Below, in pieces: positions 32,672 through 39,601 of a DNA stretch of 39,601 bases. A program made the translations under genes and the position numbers. Position 1 is the first letter of the stretch. Every line of letters starts with the position of its first letter. The notes beneath the pieces were generated by a model. That model ran no database searches. It saw only the letters and a program-made list of their open reading frames with translations, and was not told the origin of the DNA. Origin of the DNA: Candidatus Woesearchaeota archaeon (GTDB taxonomy: Archaea; Nanobdellota; Nanobdellia; Woesearchaeales; JASKKU01); assembly GCA_011045925.1 (NCBI GenBank), contig DSBS01000044.1, positions 1 to 39,601 of the forward strand, read 5' to 3'.

Positions 32672-33742
32672 TTAACCTATCAGGGTTGAAAAAATTCCTG
32701 TCAGGAAAAGGTTAAGCACTGTAAAAACAAAGCCGGACAATACAATAAAAGCCGGCATATATTTCAGGCCCGCCTTAATGTTCCCTTCCCTGATTATTGC
32801 AATAATCATAGATGAAAATACCGCAGTCAGGAATATTACTACATAAGACATTAAAGTAAATGTTGCCGGCTCTACAGGAACAGCCTCTATTGCACCAATA
32901 GAAAAAAGCCCTGTCTGCTGGACATCCTGGGGAATGCTTGCAGAGTCCATCTTTGATACAAAGCCTTCAAGAACCAGAAGAAACTGGTTAGAAAGCGCGA
33001 ACAGGAAAGGCGACACAAAGCACGCCACGATTACAATAAACATTACATAATTAAGGTTGGTTGCTGAAATATCCTTTTTTAGCTCTGAAGTGTTCTCAAG
33101 CTCTGAGGAAATTTTATCTACAATAGGGGATATTCTTGCTCCGCCAAGCAGGGACTCGCTTAATATCGAAAAAGTCCTGTTCAGGTCATCAGAGTCATAA
33201 AGCTGTCCCAGATAAATCAATGCATCGCCGGTGTTCTCGCCAACTGCGATTCTCTTTGCAACAAGCTGCAGCTCTTTTGAAAGCTCTCCGTAATCCGGCC
33301 TGATTGAATTCCAGAAAGCCTGCTCAAAGGTTGTTCCTCCCTTAAGGTTTTCAGAGACTGACTTTAAAAACCCCGGAAGATTCTCCTCCATGCTTCTTAT
33401 TCTCTTGTAGATAATGAAATCAAAATAAACCATAATAAAGGAAATAACAATAAAAAAGTAAACAGACAAATAAACCAAAGAGACAAACAGGAAAAACAAA
33501 GGGGTAATTACCAGGTTAAAAACGGTTCTCGAAACCTCAAAGGCTTCTGAAATATCCAAAAAGAAATATAAGCCTAGAACTGCAAGAATCATTGTAACAA
33601 AACCAGCAATAAATAGAGCCCCAAACAGAGCAAAAGGAGGATTCTCAAACCCGGCTTTTCTGGAATAATCTGAGAGGCCTTTCCTAAGCCTCTCAGGAGT
33701 AAGCGTCTTTCCTATAATCTCCAGAAACTCGAATTTTGCCAT
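32672..33742 (-). CDS. Type IV pilus/T2SS platform protein, T2SSF-domain (TadC/FlaJ C-half-like)
   Basis: Polytopic membrane protein with one T2SSF-like cytoplasmic domain (LKGGTTFEQAFWNS....LQLVAKRIAVGENTGDALIYL....LLGGARISPIVDKIS). Confidence 0.8.
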   Translation of the reverse strand: MAKFEFLEIIGKTLTPERLRKGLSDYSRKAGFENPPFALFGALFIAGFVTMILAVLGLYFFLDISEAFEVSRTVFNLVITPLFFLFVSLVYLSVYFFIVISFIMVYFDFIIYKRIRSMEENLPGFLKSVSENLKGGTTFEQAFWNSIRPDYGELSKELQLVAKRIAVGENTGDALIYLGQLYDSDDLNRTFSILSESLLGGARISPIVDKISSELENTSELKKDISATNLNYVMFIVIVACFVSPFLFALSNQFLLVLEGFVSKMDSASIPQDVQQTGLFSIGAIEAVPVEPATFTLMSYVVIFLTAVFSSMIIAIIREGNIKAGLKYMPAFIVLSGFVFTVLNLFLTGIFSTLIG

Positions 33743-33752
33743 TTTTACTCAC

Positions 33753-34538
33753 TTATAGGTTAATCACCGGCCTAACCGACTTGATTATGCTTATGAAAAA
33801 GTACTGCACAACTGCCAAAAGCAGAACAACAACCCAAATGAATACAGTAGGAAGAATTATGCCTACGAAAGTCAGGAAAACAAGCGAGATTGCAAACCCG
33901 AGTGAAGGAAGCACTATCGCAAGCACCAGATAAAGCAAAACGATTGTATTAAGCTTTTTCCCGTATTCTTTTATCTCCAGTGCCAGCTCGTTCCTTATTG
34001 AAGCAAGCGTCTCTTCTAAAGTGTAAGTTACATCGGCTCCTGTTTTGAGTGATACAATTAAGGGATAAAGAACTTTCTTAAACTTTGAGGAAGGAGTCTT
34101 TTCCCTTGCCTGCTCTAACGCTTCCTCAATAGGGGTGCCTGTGTTTATTGCAGTAACAATGCCTTTAAAAAAATCACCAGCAACAGTATTGTCTGAAGCA
34201 GCATCAGTAAGCGCCTGAAGAATTGGGATTCCAGAGTTTATCTTCAAAAGAAGGTACCTTCCCGCAAAAAGAACCTCTTTATCCAGCTCTCTCTGAAGGT
34301 GATAAATCTTTAAGTCCAGGGTTCTGTTGTAAAAAGAAACCATGCCAACAAAAGAGGCAAGCAGAATCAGGGGATAGACCCAAAGAAGTCCGAAGCGGGT
34401 TACAAAAGCAAAGAAAAGGGTTAAAGCCAAAGAAGACATAACTGCTGAAATCATGGTTCTTCTCTTGAACTCCCTGGGGCTTATATCCAGCTTTGCAAGC
34501 TCAAGCTTCCTTTTCAGCTCAATTTCCTTAAGGTTCAT
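33753..34538 (-). CDS. Type IV pilus/T2SS platform protein, T2SSF-domain (TadB/FlaJ N-half-like)
   Basis: LLLKINSGIPILQALTDAA....FFKGIVTAINTGTPIEEALEQA....LIVSLKTGADVTYTLEE, flanked by TMs. ATGA overlap with the ATPase gene. Confidence 0.8.
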   Translation of the reverse strand: MNLKEIELKRKLELAKLDISPREFKRRTMISAVMSSLALTLFFAFVTRFGLLWVYPLILLASFVGMVSFYNRTLDLKIYHLQRELDKEVLFAGRYLLLKINSGIPILQALTDAASDNTVAGDFFKGIVTAINTGTPIEEALEQAREKTPSSKFKKVLYPLIVSLKTGADVTYTLEETLASIRNELALEIKEYGKKLNTIVLLYLVLAIVLPSLGFAISLVFLTFVGIILPTVFIWVVVLLLAVVQYFFISIIKSVRPVINL

Positions 34539-35992
34539 TTTTTCTTAATGTCTTTTTTATGGTAATACTTAGATATTAATAACCCGACCTTATCAACATC
34601 ATCAAACTGCTTCTCAACAAGCCAGTTGATAAACTTAGTCTTCTTAGCCACATCTGCAAGAATCGCGCTCTCGCTTAAGCCTGAATAAAGGTTTATCTCA
34701 TCAATAATCCTTTTTGGCTTTTTTGCCATGATAAACTTATCCGTTGAAAAATTATACTGAAAGATTACATTTTCATTTCCGCTGTCATCAATTTCTGCCA
34801 CCTGGAGGGTTTTCCTTTTTCCAGTCCTTCTGTTCCTGAACTGAACCACTATAAGCCCTATGGAAGAAATTAAGTTTTTTGGCAGGTCAATTGGAGGGTT
34901 TGTAAGCCTGTTAATGGTTTCATGGGCGTTGTTCGCATGAATTGTCCCATAAACAGAATGCCCAGTATGCATCGCCTCAAAAAGAACTTCAGCCTCTCTT
35001 TTCCTTCTGATTTCTCCCACCAGTATCCTGTCTGGCCTCATCCTTAGCGAGTTAATAACCAAGTCCAGCATTGTAATCTCGCCTTTTCCTTCCGGGTTTG
35101 CAAGCCTAGTTTCCATTGGAACCCAATGAAGATGGTCCGGAAGAACAAGCTCTCTTGTATCCTCTATGCTTATAACTCTCTGGTTTGGAGGAAGGAAATT
35201 GCTTATTGCATTTAGCATAGATGTCTTTCCTGAAGCTGTGCCGCCAGCAACAAGGATAGAAAGCTCGTACTGCATTGCAAGCCATATCCAGGCAGCAACC
35301 TCTGATGTCAAGGTTTCCTTTTTTATCAAATCTACAACTGTCCAGGGCTTGTCAGAGAACTTCCTGATTGTAAGTGTATTGCCCGTAGTGGAAATAGGGT
35401 ACAATGTTGCATTTACCCTGTCTCCGGTCTTAAGAGTTGCATCCATAAGTGGCTGAAGCACTGTTATGTCTTTTCCAACCTCTCTTCCGATGAGGGTTGA
35501 ATAGTGCCTTATCTTTCTCTCATTCTCAACAAAGATATTTGTTTTAAGCCAGCCATACTGCCTATGATAAATCCATACACAATCCTTTGCGCTGTTAACA
35601 ACAATTTCTTCCAGGTTTGAATCGTTAAGGAGAATCTCTATTTTTCCAAGGCCAAGGTTTTCCCTGATAAGATGATTTACCAGGAAATCAGCTGTCGGCA
35701 TATCAACCTGCGGCAGGTATTTTCTTATCAGTACATGCAGCTCCCTTATGAACTCCTTTTCAATTGCCTTGTATCCCTGCTCTATAGATATATTCACCAC
35801 GCCAATATTAACCTTTGAGACGAACTCTTCCTTAATCTTCTCAAGTATTCCCAGTGTAACCTTGCTTATGTTAAGAATGGAGACAGTGTAAACAGGAACA
35901 AAGTCATCCGGATAAAGGTTAATCCGAACATTCGCAACAAGGTCATTAACCTTGATTTCATACTCATCCATTAGTTTTTCCTTATTAGACAT
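34535..35992 (-). CDS. Type II/IV secretion family ATPase (archaeal FlaI/ArlI / TadA-CpaF-like pilus assembly ATPase)
   Basis: Walker A VAGGTASGKTS. ISIEDTRELVLP. Walker B/Asp box PDRILVGEIRRKREA. His box MHTGHSVYGTIHA. Confidence 0.92.
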   Translation of the reverse strand: MSNKEKLMDEYEIKVNDLVANVRINLYPDDFVPVYTVSILNISKVTLGILEKIKEEFVSKVNIGVVNISIEQGYKAIEKEFIRELHVLIRKYLPQVDMPTADFLVNHLIRENLGLGKIEILLNDSNLEEIVVNSAKDCVWIYHRQYGWLKTNIFVENERKIRHYSTLIGREVGKDITVLQPLMDATLKTGDRVNATLYPISTTGNTLTIRKFSDKPWTVVDLIKKETLTSEVAAWIWLAMQYELSILVAGGTASGKTSMLNAISNFLPPNQRVISIEDTRELVLPDHLHWVPMETRLANPEGKGEITMLDLVINSLRMRPDRILVGEIRRKREAEVLFEAMHTGHSVYGTIHANNAHETINRLTNPPIDLPKNLISSIGLIVVQFRNRRTGKRKTLQVAEIDDSGNENVIFQYNFSTDKFIMAKKPKRIIDEINLYSGLSESAILADVAKKTKFINWLVEKQFDDVDKVGLLISKYYHKKDIKKK

Positions 35993-38438
35993 TTTCTAGA
36001 CCCCCGGGGAATTCTCCCAATGAACCTTCTGAAGCATAATCCATGCTTAATGATTGATGGAGTTCAAAAACCTTTTGCTTTACTGCTTCAAGGTCCTCCT
36101 TTAAAAAGAAAGGCATTGAGGAATATGTCTGAAAGAACCTTTTAAGAGCTGCCCTGGCATCATTAGCCCTTCCCGACTTAACCAACTCTTCTATATGAGA
36201 AAGCTGCCTGAGCAAAAAAGAAAGCCCGGATGACTTATCCAGCTCAGCCTTTTTCTCAAGGCTATAAAGCAGCCTTTCATACAGGCTGTTGGAATCGGAA
36301 AGAAGCCTTAGCTTAACCCTGGATGTTTCCATTGATGAAACCAGTCGCGACAACTCATCATAAATAACCAAGGCGCTTTCAACCTTGTTCTGCTCCAGGG
36401 ATGTATTAAACTCTCCTGAAAGCTGCTTAAAGCGATTAATGCTTGTACGCTCGTTTTGGATTGCATTCCTTGTTTCAGCAATCTGAAACTTTACCAGGCA
36501 GCCAAGAAGCTTATGCTTAAAGAAAATCTTTTGCTCAGGAAAAAGCTCAGGAATTTCAAACACCACCTTTTTGATTTTCTGATATCTTTCTGCAAAGTCG
36601 CCTAGCTGGTTTAGGCTGATTTTTGCTTCCATCGCCTCTATTTCTGCCTTAACGGTTGAAAAGATTGAAGAGAAAACTGCCTTGTTGTCCCTGAGGAACT
36701 TGCTTATAATCTTATCCTCAAGCTCTGACGCCTTTTTTCCCAGCTCAAGGGCTTTCTCAGAGAAGAAGCCTTGTGACAAAATCCTGCAAGCTTTTTTTAT
36801 TCTCTCAAGCTTCTCCAGAGACTCATTCAGCCTGTCTTCTGAAAATAGCCTCTCGGACTCAACAAAGCTCAAAGATAATTTTTTTAGCAGGAAATGCTCT
36901 TTATCCTTTTTCTGAATCTTTTCCTTATTCATCCTTTCCAGGTCTGGCAGAGACTGGATGCTAATGTTTTTGCTCTGTGCATTGCTTTCTGAGCCTGGCT
37001 TTCCCTCCAAAGATTCTGGCAAACTCGGAACTGTACCCTGAGAATCCGTGCCTAAACCCGGTTTCTGGCTTCTGGCGTTTTGCTGTTTAAGCTGATTATC
37101 GTGAAACCCTGGTTTTGCTGGAGCCTTAGCCTGCTCTTTCTGCCTTGATGCTAGCTGTGGATGTGGCTGCATTTGTTTTGGCTTTTCAGGCAGCTGGCCG
37201 CTTTCAAGCGAGCTTTCAAGTGAAGCTTCCTTTAGGTTCTTCAGGGCTGATGACAAGGACTCAATTGCGTCCTTATGGGCTGGTGCCCTGCCTTGCTCAA
37301 AACTTGAGCCAGAAGCAGATTCTTGAGCTAAATCTTGTGTGGGGCTAACCTCTGTTTCTGGTGGGAATGTGCTTAGCCCAGGCTGGCGGGATTCAAAGTC
37401 TTCATAGCCAATCAACTCTTCTTTTAGCTCTTCCTTCTCTTTCTTGGGGGTTTTCCTGAACCGCGACCTTCTCTCAATGTCTTCTCTTAATCTTAAAAGC
37501 TGGTCATTAAACTGGTCCCTGGAGGGAATAATCATATTAAGGATTTCGTCGGAAAAGCCTAACTCGTCAGAGGAGTTAGCTAAATTTTTAAGGGAATTCA
37601 TGTAGCTTGCTGTCTCATCGCCTAAGATTGGATTAACATTATAAAGCCTGCCTGTATTAATAAGCGATATTGCCTTTTCCTGGCTAAGCTTGGTTTTCTG
37701 CAGGTCTTTGTTTTTTATGCTCTCTCTTATCTCATCCATCTGAATCAGAAAAGCCTTCTTTTTAAACCCCCAAAGCTTGAAAAGGACTGCCGTTGATATA
37801 AGGTTGTTAAACAAAGAATCCTCCTCGGCTGAAATTCTTTCCTTTGTCCTGGAGTAAAGAGAAGAAAGCGATTCAAGATAAGAATCAAGAGACTCATAGA
37901 AATCAAGAATCTGCCGGTCATTCAGGCTGTAAATCATTTTAAAGAGCTTTTCATTGGCCTTCTCACACAAGCCTGCTATCTCCTTATCAAAGATATTTCT
38001 CTCTTCTTCAGGCAGAACCTTTGGAAGTATTGATGATACCAAGGCGCGAATAGTAATTTTTATGAAAATTGAGGCGATGTTGGTTTCAAGAGCAATAAAC
38101 CTGTTTAGCTGAGCCTTTGCACCTGAGAAAAAATCATCTGCTTCCTTGGGCATGTAGTCAAATGAGCTTTCAGTATTGGTATCAGGCATATCCTTTAGTG
38201 AAGCCTTTTCTGCTTGCTGCCGTGAATCAGGCTTAACATCTGATTTTAATGAAACAATTGTGTTTGTCAGCTTGTAATCTATCTTAACAAATCCCAGCTG
38301 CTCAAGAAGCTGAAGCGTGTTTTCAAGAATGTCCTTTTTTATTTTGCAGATCTTTGAGAGGTCATCTACTGAGATTGAGCCCTTTTCCTTGATAATATTA
38401 ATGATATTATCTGCTTCAGTTTCTATTTGGTAAGGCAT
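35985..38438 (-). CDS. 817-aa protein: N-terminal winged-helix-like domain, helical/coiled-coil regions and a central P/Q/S-rich disordered linker; first gene of the pilus operon
   Basis: IINIIKEKGSISVDDLSKICKIKKDILENTLQLLEQLGFVKIDYK. Low-complexity residues ~355-500 (nt ~36940-37376). Its stop overlaps the ATPase start by 8 nt. Confidence 0.6.
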   Translation of the reverse strand: MPYQIETEADNIINIIKEKGSISVDDLSKICKIKKDILENTLQLLEQLGFVKIDYKLTNTIVSLKSDVKPDSRQQAEKASLKDMPDTNTESSFDYMPKEADDFFSGAKAQLNRFIALETNIASIFIKITIRALVSSILPKVLPEEERNIFDKEIAGLCEKANEKLFKMIYSLNDRQILDFYESLDSYLESLSSLYSRTKERISAEEDSLFNNLISTAVLFKLWGFKKKAFLIQMDEIRESIKNKDLQKTKLSQEKAISLINTGRLYNVNPILGDETASYMNSLKNLANSSDELGFSDEILNMIIPSRDQFNDQLLRLREDIERRSRFRKTPKKEKEELKEELIGYEDFESRQPGLSTFPPETEVSPTQDLAQESASGSSFEQGRAPAHKDAIESLSSALKNLKEASLESSLESGQLPEKPKQMQPHPQLASRQKEQAKAPAKPGFHDNQLKQQNARSQKPGLGTDSQGTVPSLPESLEGKPGSESNAQSKNISIQSLPDLERMNKEKIQKKDKEHFLLKKLSLSFVESERLFSEDRLNESLEKLERIKKACRILSQGFFSEKALELGKKASELEDKIISKFLRDNKAVFSSIFSTVKAEIEAMEAKISLNQLGDFAERYQKIKKVVFEIPELFPEQKIFFKHKLLGCLVKFQIAETRNAIQNERTSINRFKQLSGEFNTSLEQNKVESALVIYDELSRLVSSMETSRVKLRLLSDSNSLYERLLYSLEKKAELDKSSGLSFLLRQLSHIEELVKSGRANDARAALKRFFQTYSSMPFFLKEDLEAVKQKVFELHQSLSMDYASEGSLGEFPGGLENV

Positions 38439-38515
38439 TAATACTTTTAAAAGAAAGTAAATTAAAAAGGTTTTGAACTACTTTAAAGTGTTGTAAGCAA
38501 AATTTAAGAACAAAC

Positions 38516-39178
38516 CTACTCTTGCTTGAGAAACTCAAAGGAAAAGGATTTTTCCTTCATCTCAGGAATTCTTTCCTTAAGCTCTTTTTCAAGCTCTTTA
38601 ACAACATTTTCTGGCACAGGCTTTGCATTTACTGAAACAGAAACAGCTTTTTCAGAAACATCCAGTTTTTCAGGTTTTTTCCCGATAAGCTCGCTTATTG
38701 CTATCTCAAGCTTTTCCTTTGGCTCGTCAAAGGTTCTTAGGATTTTAAATTTATACTCGATATCCCTGCCGGCAAGCGGGTGGTTAAAGTCAATCAGCAC
38801 TCTTCCTCCTGTAACTGACTTGATTATTCCAGGAAGCCCGTTTATCTCAACCTGCAGGCCAACTACTGGCTTAAGCTCACTCTCAGAAAACTTAGAAGCC
38901 GGAACAAGCCTAATCAGTTCTCTTTTCCTTTCGCCAAAAGCATCTTTTGCTTGAAGCAGTATTTCGTAATCCTTTTCCAGCTCTTTATCTGCAAGAGCAT
39001 CATTAAAGCCTTTTGGAAAAAAGCTTTTTCCAATTTGGGTCATTCTTGGAGAAAGCTTCTCAGCATCTCCTCCTTCCTTTTCAGCAACAGTCTTTATGTT
39101 TGTATCAAAGAGCTCGCCTGTGCTCTTAATCCTGCCTTCAAAATCAAGCTCAATAAAATCAAGGTTCTTTGTTTTCAT
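38516..39178 (-). CDS. FKBP-type peptidyl-prolyl cis-trans isomerase (SlyD-like, with insert-in-flap and C-terminal helical extension)
   Basis: FIELDFEGRIKSTGELFDTN, GLPGIIKSVTGGRVLIDFNHPLAGRDIEYKFKI. The start is trimmed to ATG 39178 because the track extension overlaps the tRNA gene. Confidence 0.8.
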   Translation of the reverse strand: MKTKNLDFIELDFEGRIKSTGELFDTNIKTVAEKEGGDAEKLSPRMTQIGKSFFPKGFNDALADKELEKDYEILLQAKDAFGERKRELIRLVPASKFSESELKPVVGLQVEINGLPGIIKSVTGGRVLIDFNHPLAGRDIEYKFKILRTFDEPKEKLEIAISELIGKKPEKLDVSEKAVSVSVNAKPVPENVVKELEKELKERIPEMKEKSFSFEFLKQE

Positions 39179-39253
39179 GAAAATAAGGAATCTGAGGAAA
39201 TGTTTTAAAGGTTTCGTAAAAGATTTAAAGAATTGCCAAATCTGCTTGCTTGC

Positions 39254-39325
39254 GCCTCTGTGGCTTAGTCGTATAGCGCATCCTTGGTAAGGATGAGGTC
39301 CCGGGTTCAACTCCCGGCAGAGGCT
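39254..39325 (+). tRNA. tRNA-Thr (anticodon GGU), no encoded CCA
   Basis: Hand-folded cloverleaf. Acceptor stem GCCTCTG/CAGAGGC. Anticodon stem CATCC/GGATG with loop TTGGTAA (GGT at 39286-39288). T arm CCGGG-TTCAACT-CCCGG. 5-nt variable loop. Discriminator T. A TATA-like AGATTTAAAGAA lies ~20 nt upstream. Confidence 0.9.
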
Positions 39326-39370
39326 TCTTCAAAAGAAAGTTTTTTATACTTCTGAATTAATTTTTGGTTT

Positions 39371-39601
39371 ATGGCATTAAAAAAGAAAGGCCAAATCTTC
39401 ACTGGGATTATGGTTCTTGTCTTCATTATGGTGGTAGCATTAATTCCTTCACCAAAGATAGACCAAAGCTATAAAGACCTTCACAAATGGGAAAACCTTA
39501 TTATGAGAAATGCCGGGATTTTATACCAGCTCGAAAACAGCGTTCTCCCAAGAGCAACGAGGACTATATCATATTGTGCAATGAAAGAGGTTGCTGAACT
39601 A
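39371..39601 (+). CDS. 3'-partial ORF with a class III signal peptide-like N-terminus (possible third pilin-like gene)
   Basis: My own translation: MALKKKGQ/IFTGIMVLVFIMVVALIPSPKIDQSYKDLHKWENL..., open to the window end. A TTTTTTATAC box lies ~21 nt upstream. This ORF is not in the supplied track (no stop within the window). Confidence 0.4.
   Translation, partial: MALKKKGQIFTGIMVLVFIMVVALIPSPKIDQSYKDLHKWENLIMRNAGILYQLENSVLPRATRTISYCAMKEVAEL

Noticed and set aside
38526-38954. 142-aa plus-strand Ser-rich ORF antisense to the FKBP gene
   Set aside because: Low-complexity shadow ORF. The FKBP reading frame on the minus strand carries family motifs.
39179-39310. N-terminal 44-codon extension of the FKBP ORF
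   Set aside because: It overlaps the tRNA-Thr gene on the opposite strand and the predicted promoters. The internal ATG at 39178 gives a normal FKBP N-terminus with a TATA-like box ~21 nt upstream.
1-39601. Scan for CRISPR arrays, rRNA genes, C/D-box sRNAs, inteins, transposases or prophage genes
   Set aside because: By eye I found no short regularly spaced direct repeats and no RUGAUGA/CUGA box pairs in the intergenic spacers. The housekeeping proteins show no oversized insertions with intein blocks, and there are no integrase- or transposase-like ORFs. The only long nucleotide repeat is the paralog tract reported above.

Overview
AT-rich (roughly 40% GC by eye, not computed), very gene-dense archaeal chromosomal segment with about 34 protein genes and one tRNA. 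Many genes share 4-nt ATGA/GTGA start-stop overlaps or convergent 3' overlaps. Archaeal identity is supported by TFB, TFS, Rio1 kinase, the Taw1/Taw3 wyosine genes, an ER/archaeal-type (S26B) signal peptidase, class III (prepilin-type) signal peptides and TATA-box/leaderless promoter geometry. The compactness, class II LysRS and abundance of giant Cys-rich secreted proteins best fit a small-genome DPANN-like archaeon (inference). Housekeeping content: topA (5' partial), signal peptidase, tfs, DUF167, pgk, a RimK-like ligase with a RimB-like protease-domain protein, lysS, taw3, YvcK/CofD-like, EndoQ-like nuclease, tfb, rio1, MiaB/CDKAL1-like methylthiotransferase, taw1, FKBP PPIase and tRNA-Thr(GGU). 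The interest lies in the accessory and surface content. (i) A Tad/Epd-like type IV pilus assembly operon: an 817-aa wHTH/coiled-coil protein, a FlaI/TadA-like ATPase, and a platform protein split into two TadB/TadC-like genes. (ii) Three class III signal-peptide pilin-like genes dispersed outside that operon. (iii) A 1319-aa Cys-rich double-LamG secreted protein, followed by a signal-peptide-less beta-propeller translationally coupled to a KaiC-like ATPase with a non-canonical P-loop. (iv) Two tandem ~960-aa Cys-rich secreted paralogs of unknown family whose mosaic identity pattern suggests gene conversion. (v) An ArmA/Rmt (FmrO)-family 16S rRNA methyltransferase homolog, divergent from an internally duplicated nucleotidyltransferase. 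No CRISPR array, rRNA, transposase/integrase or obvious mobile element was seen. All family assignments rest on motif recognition by eye; no searches were run.
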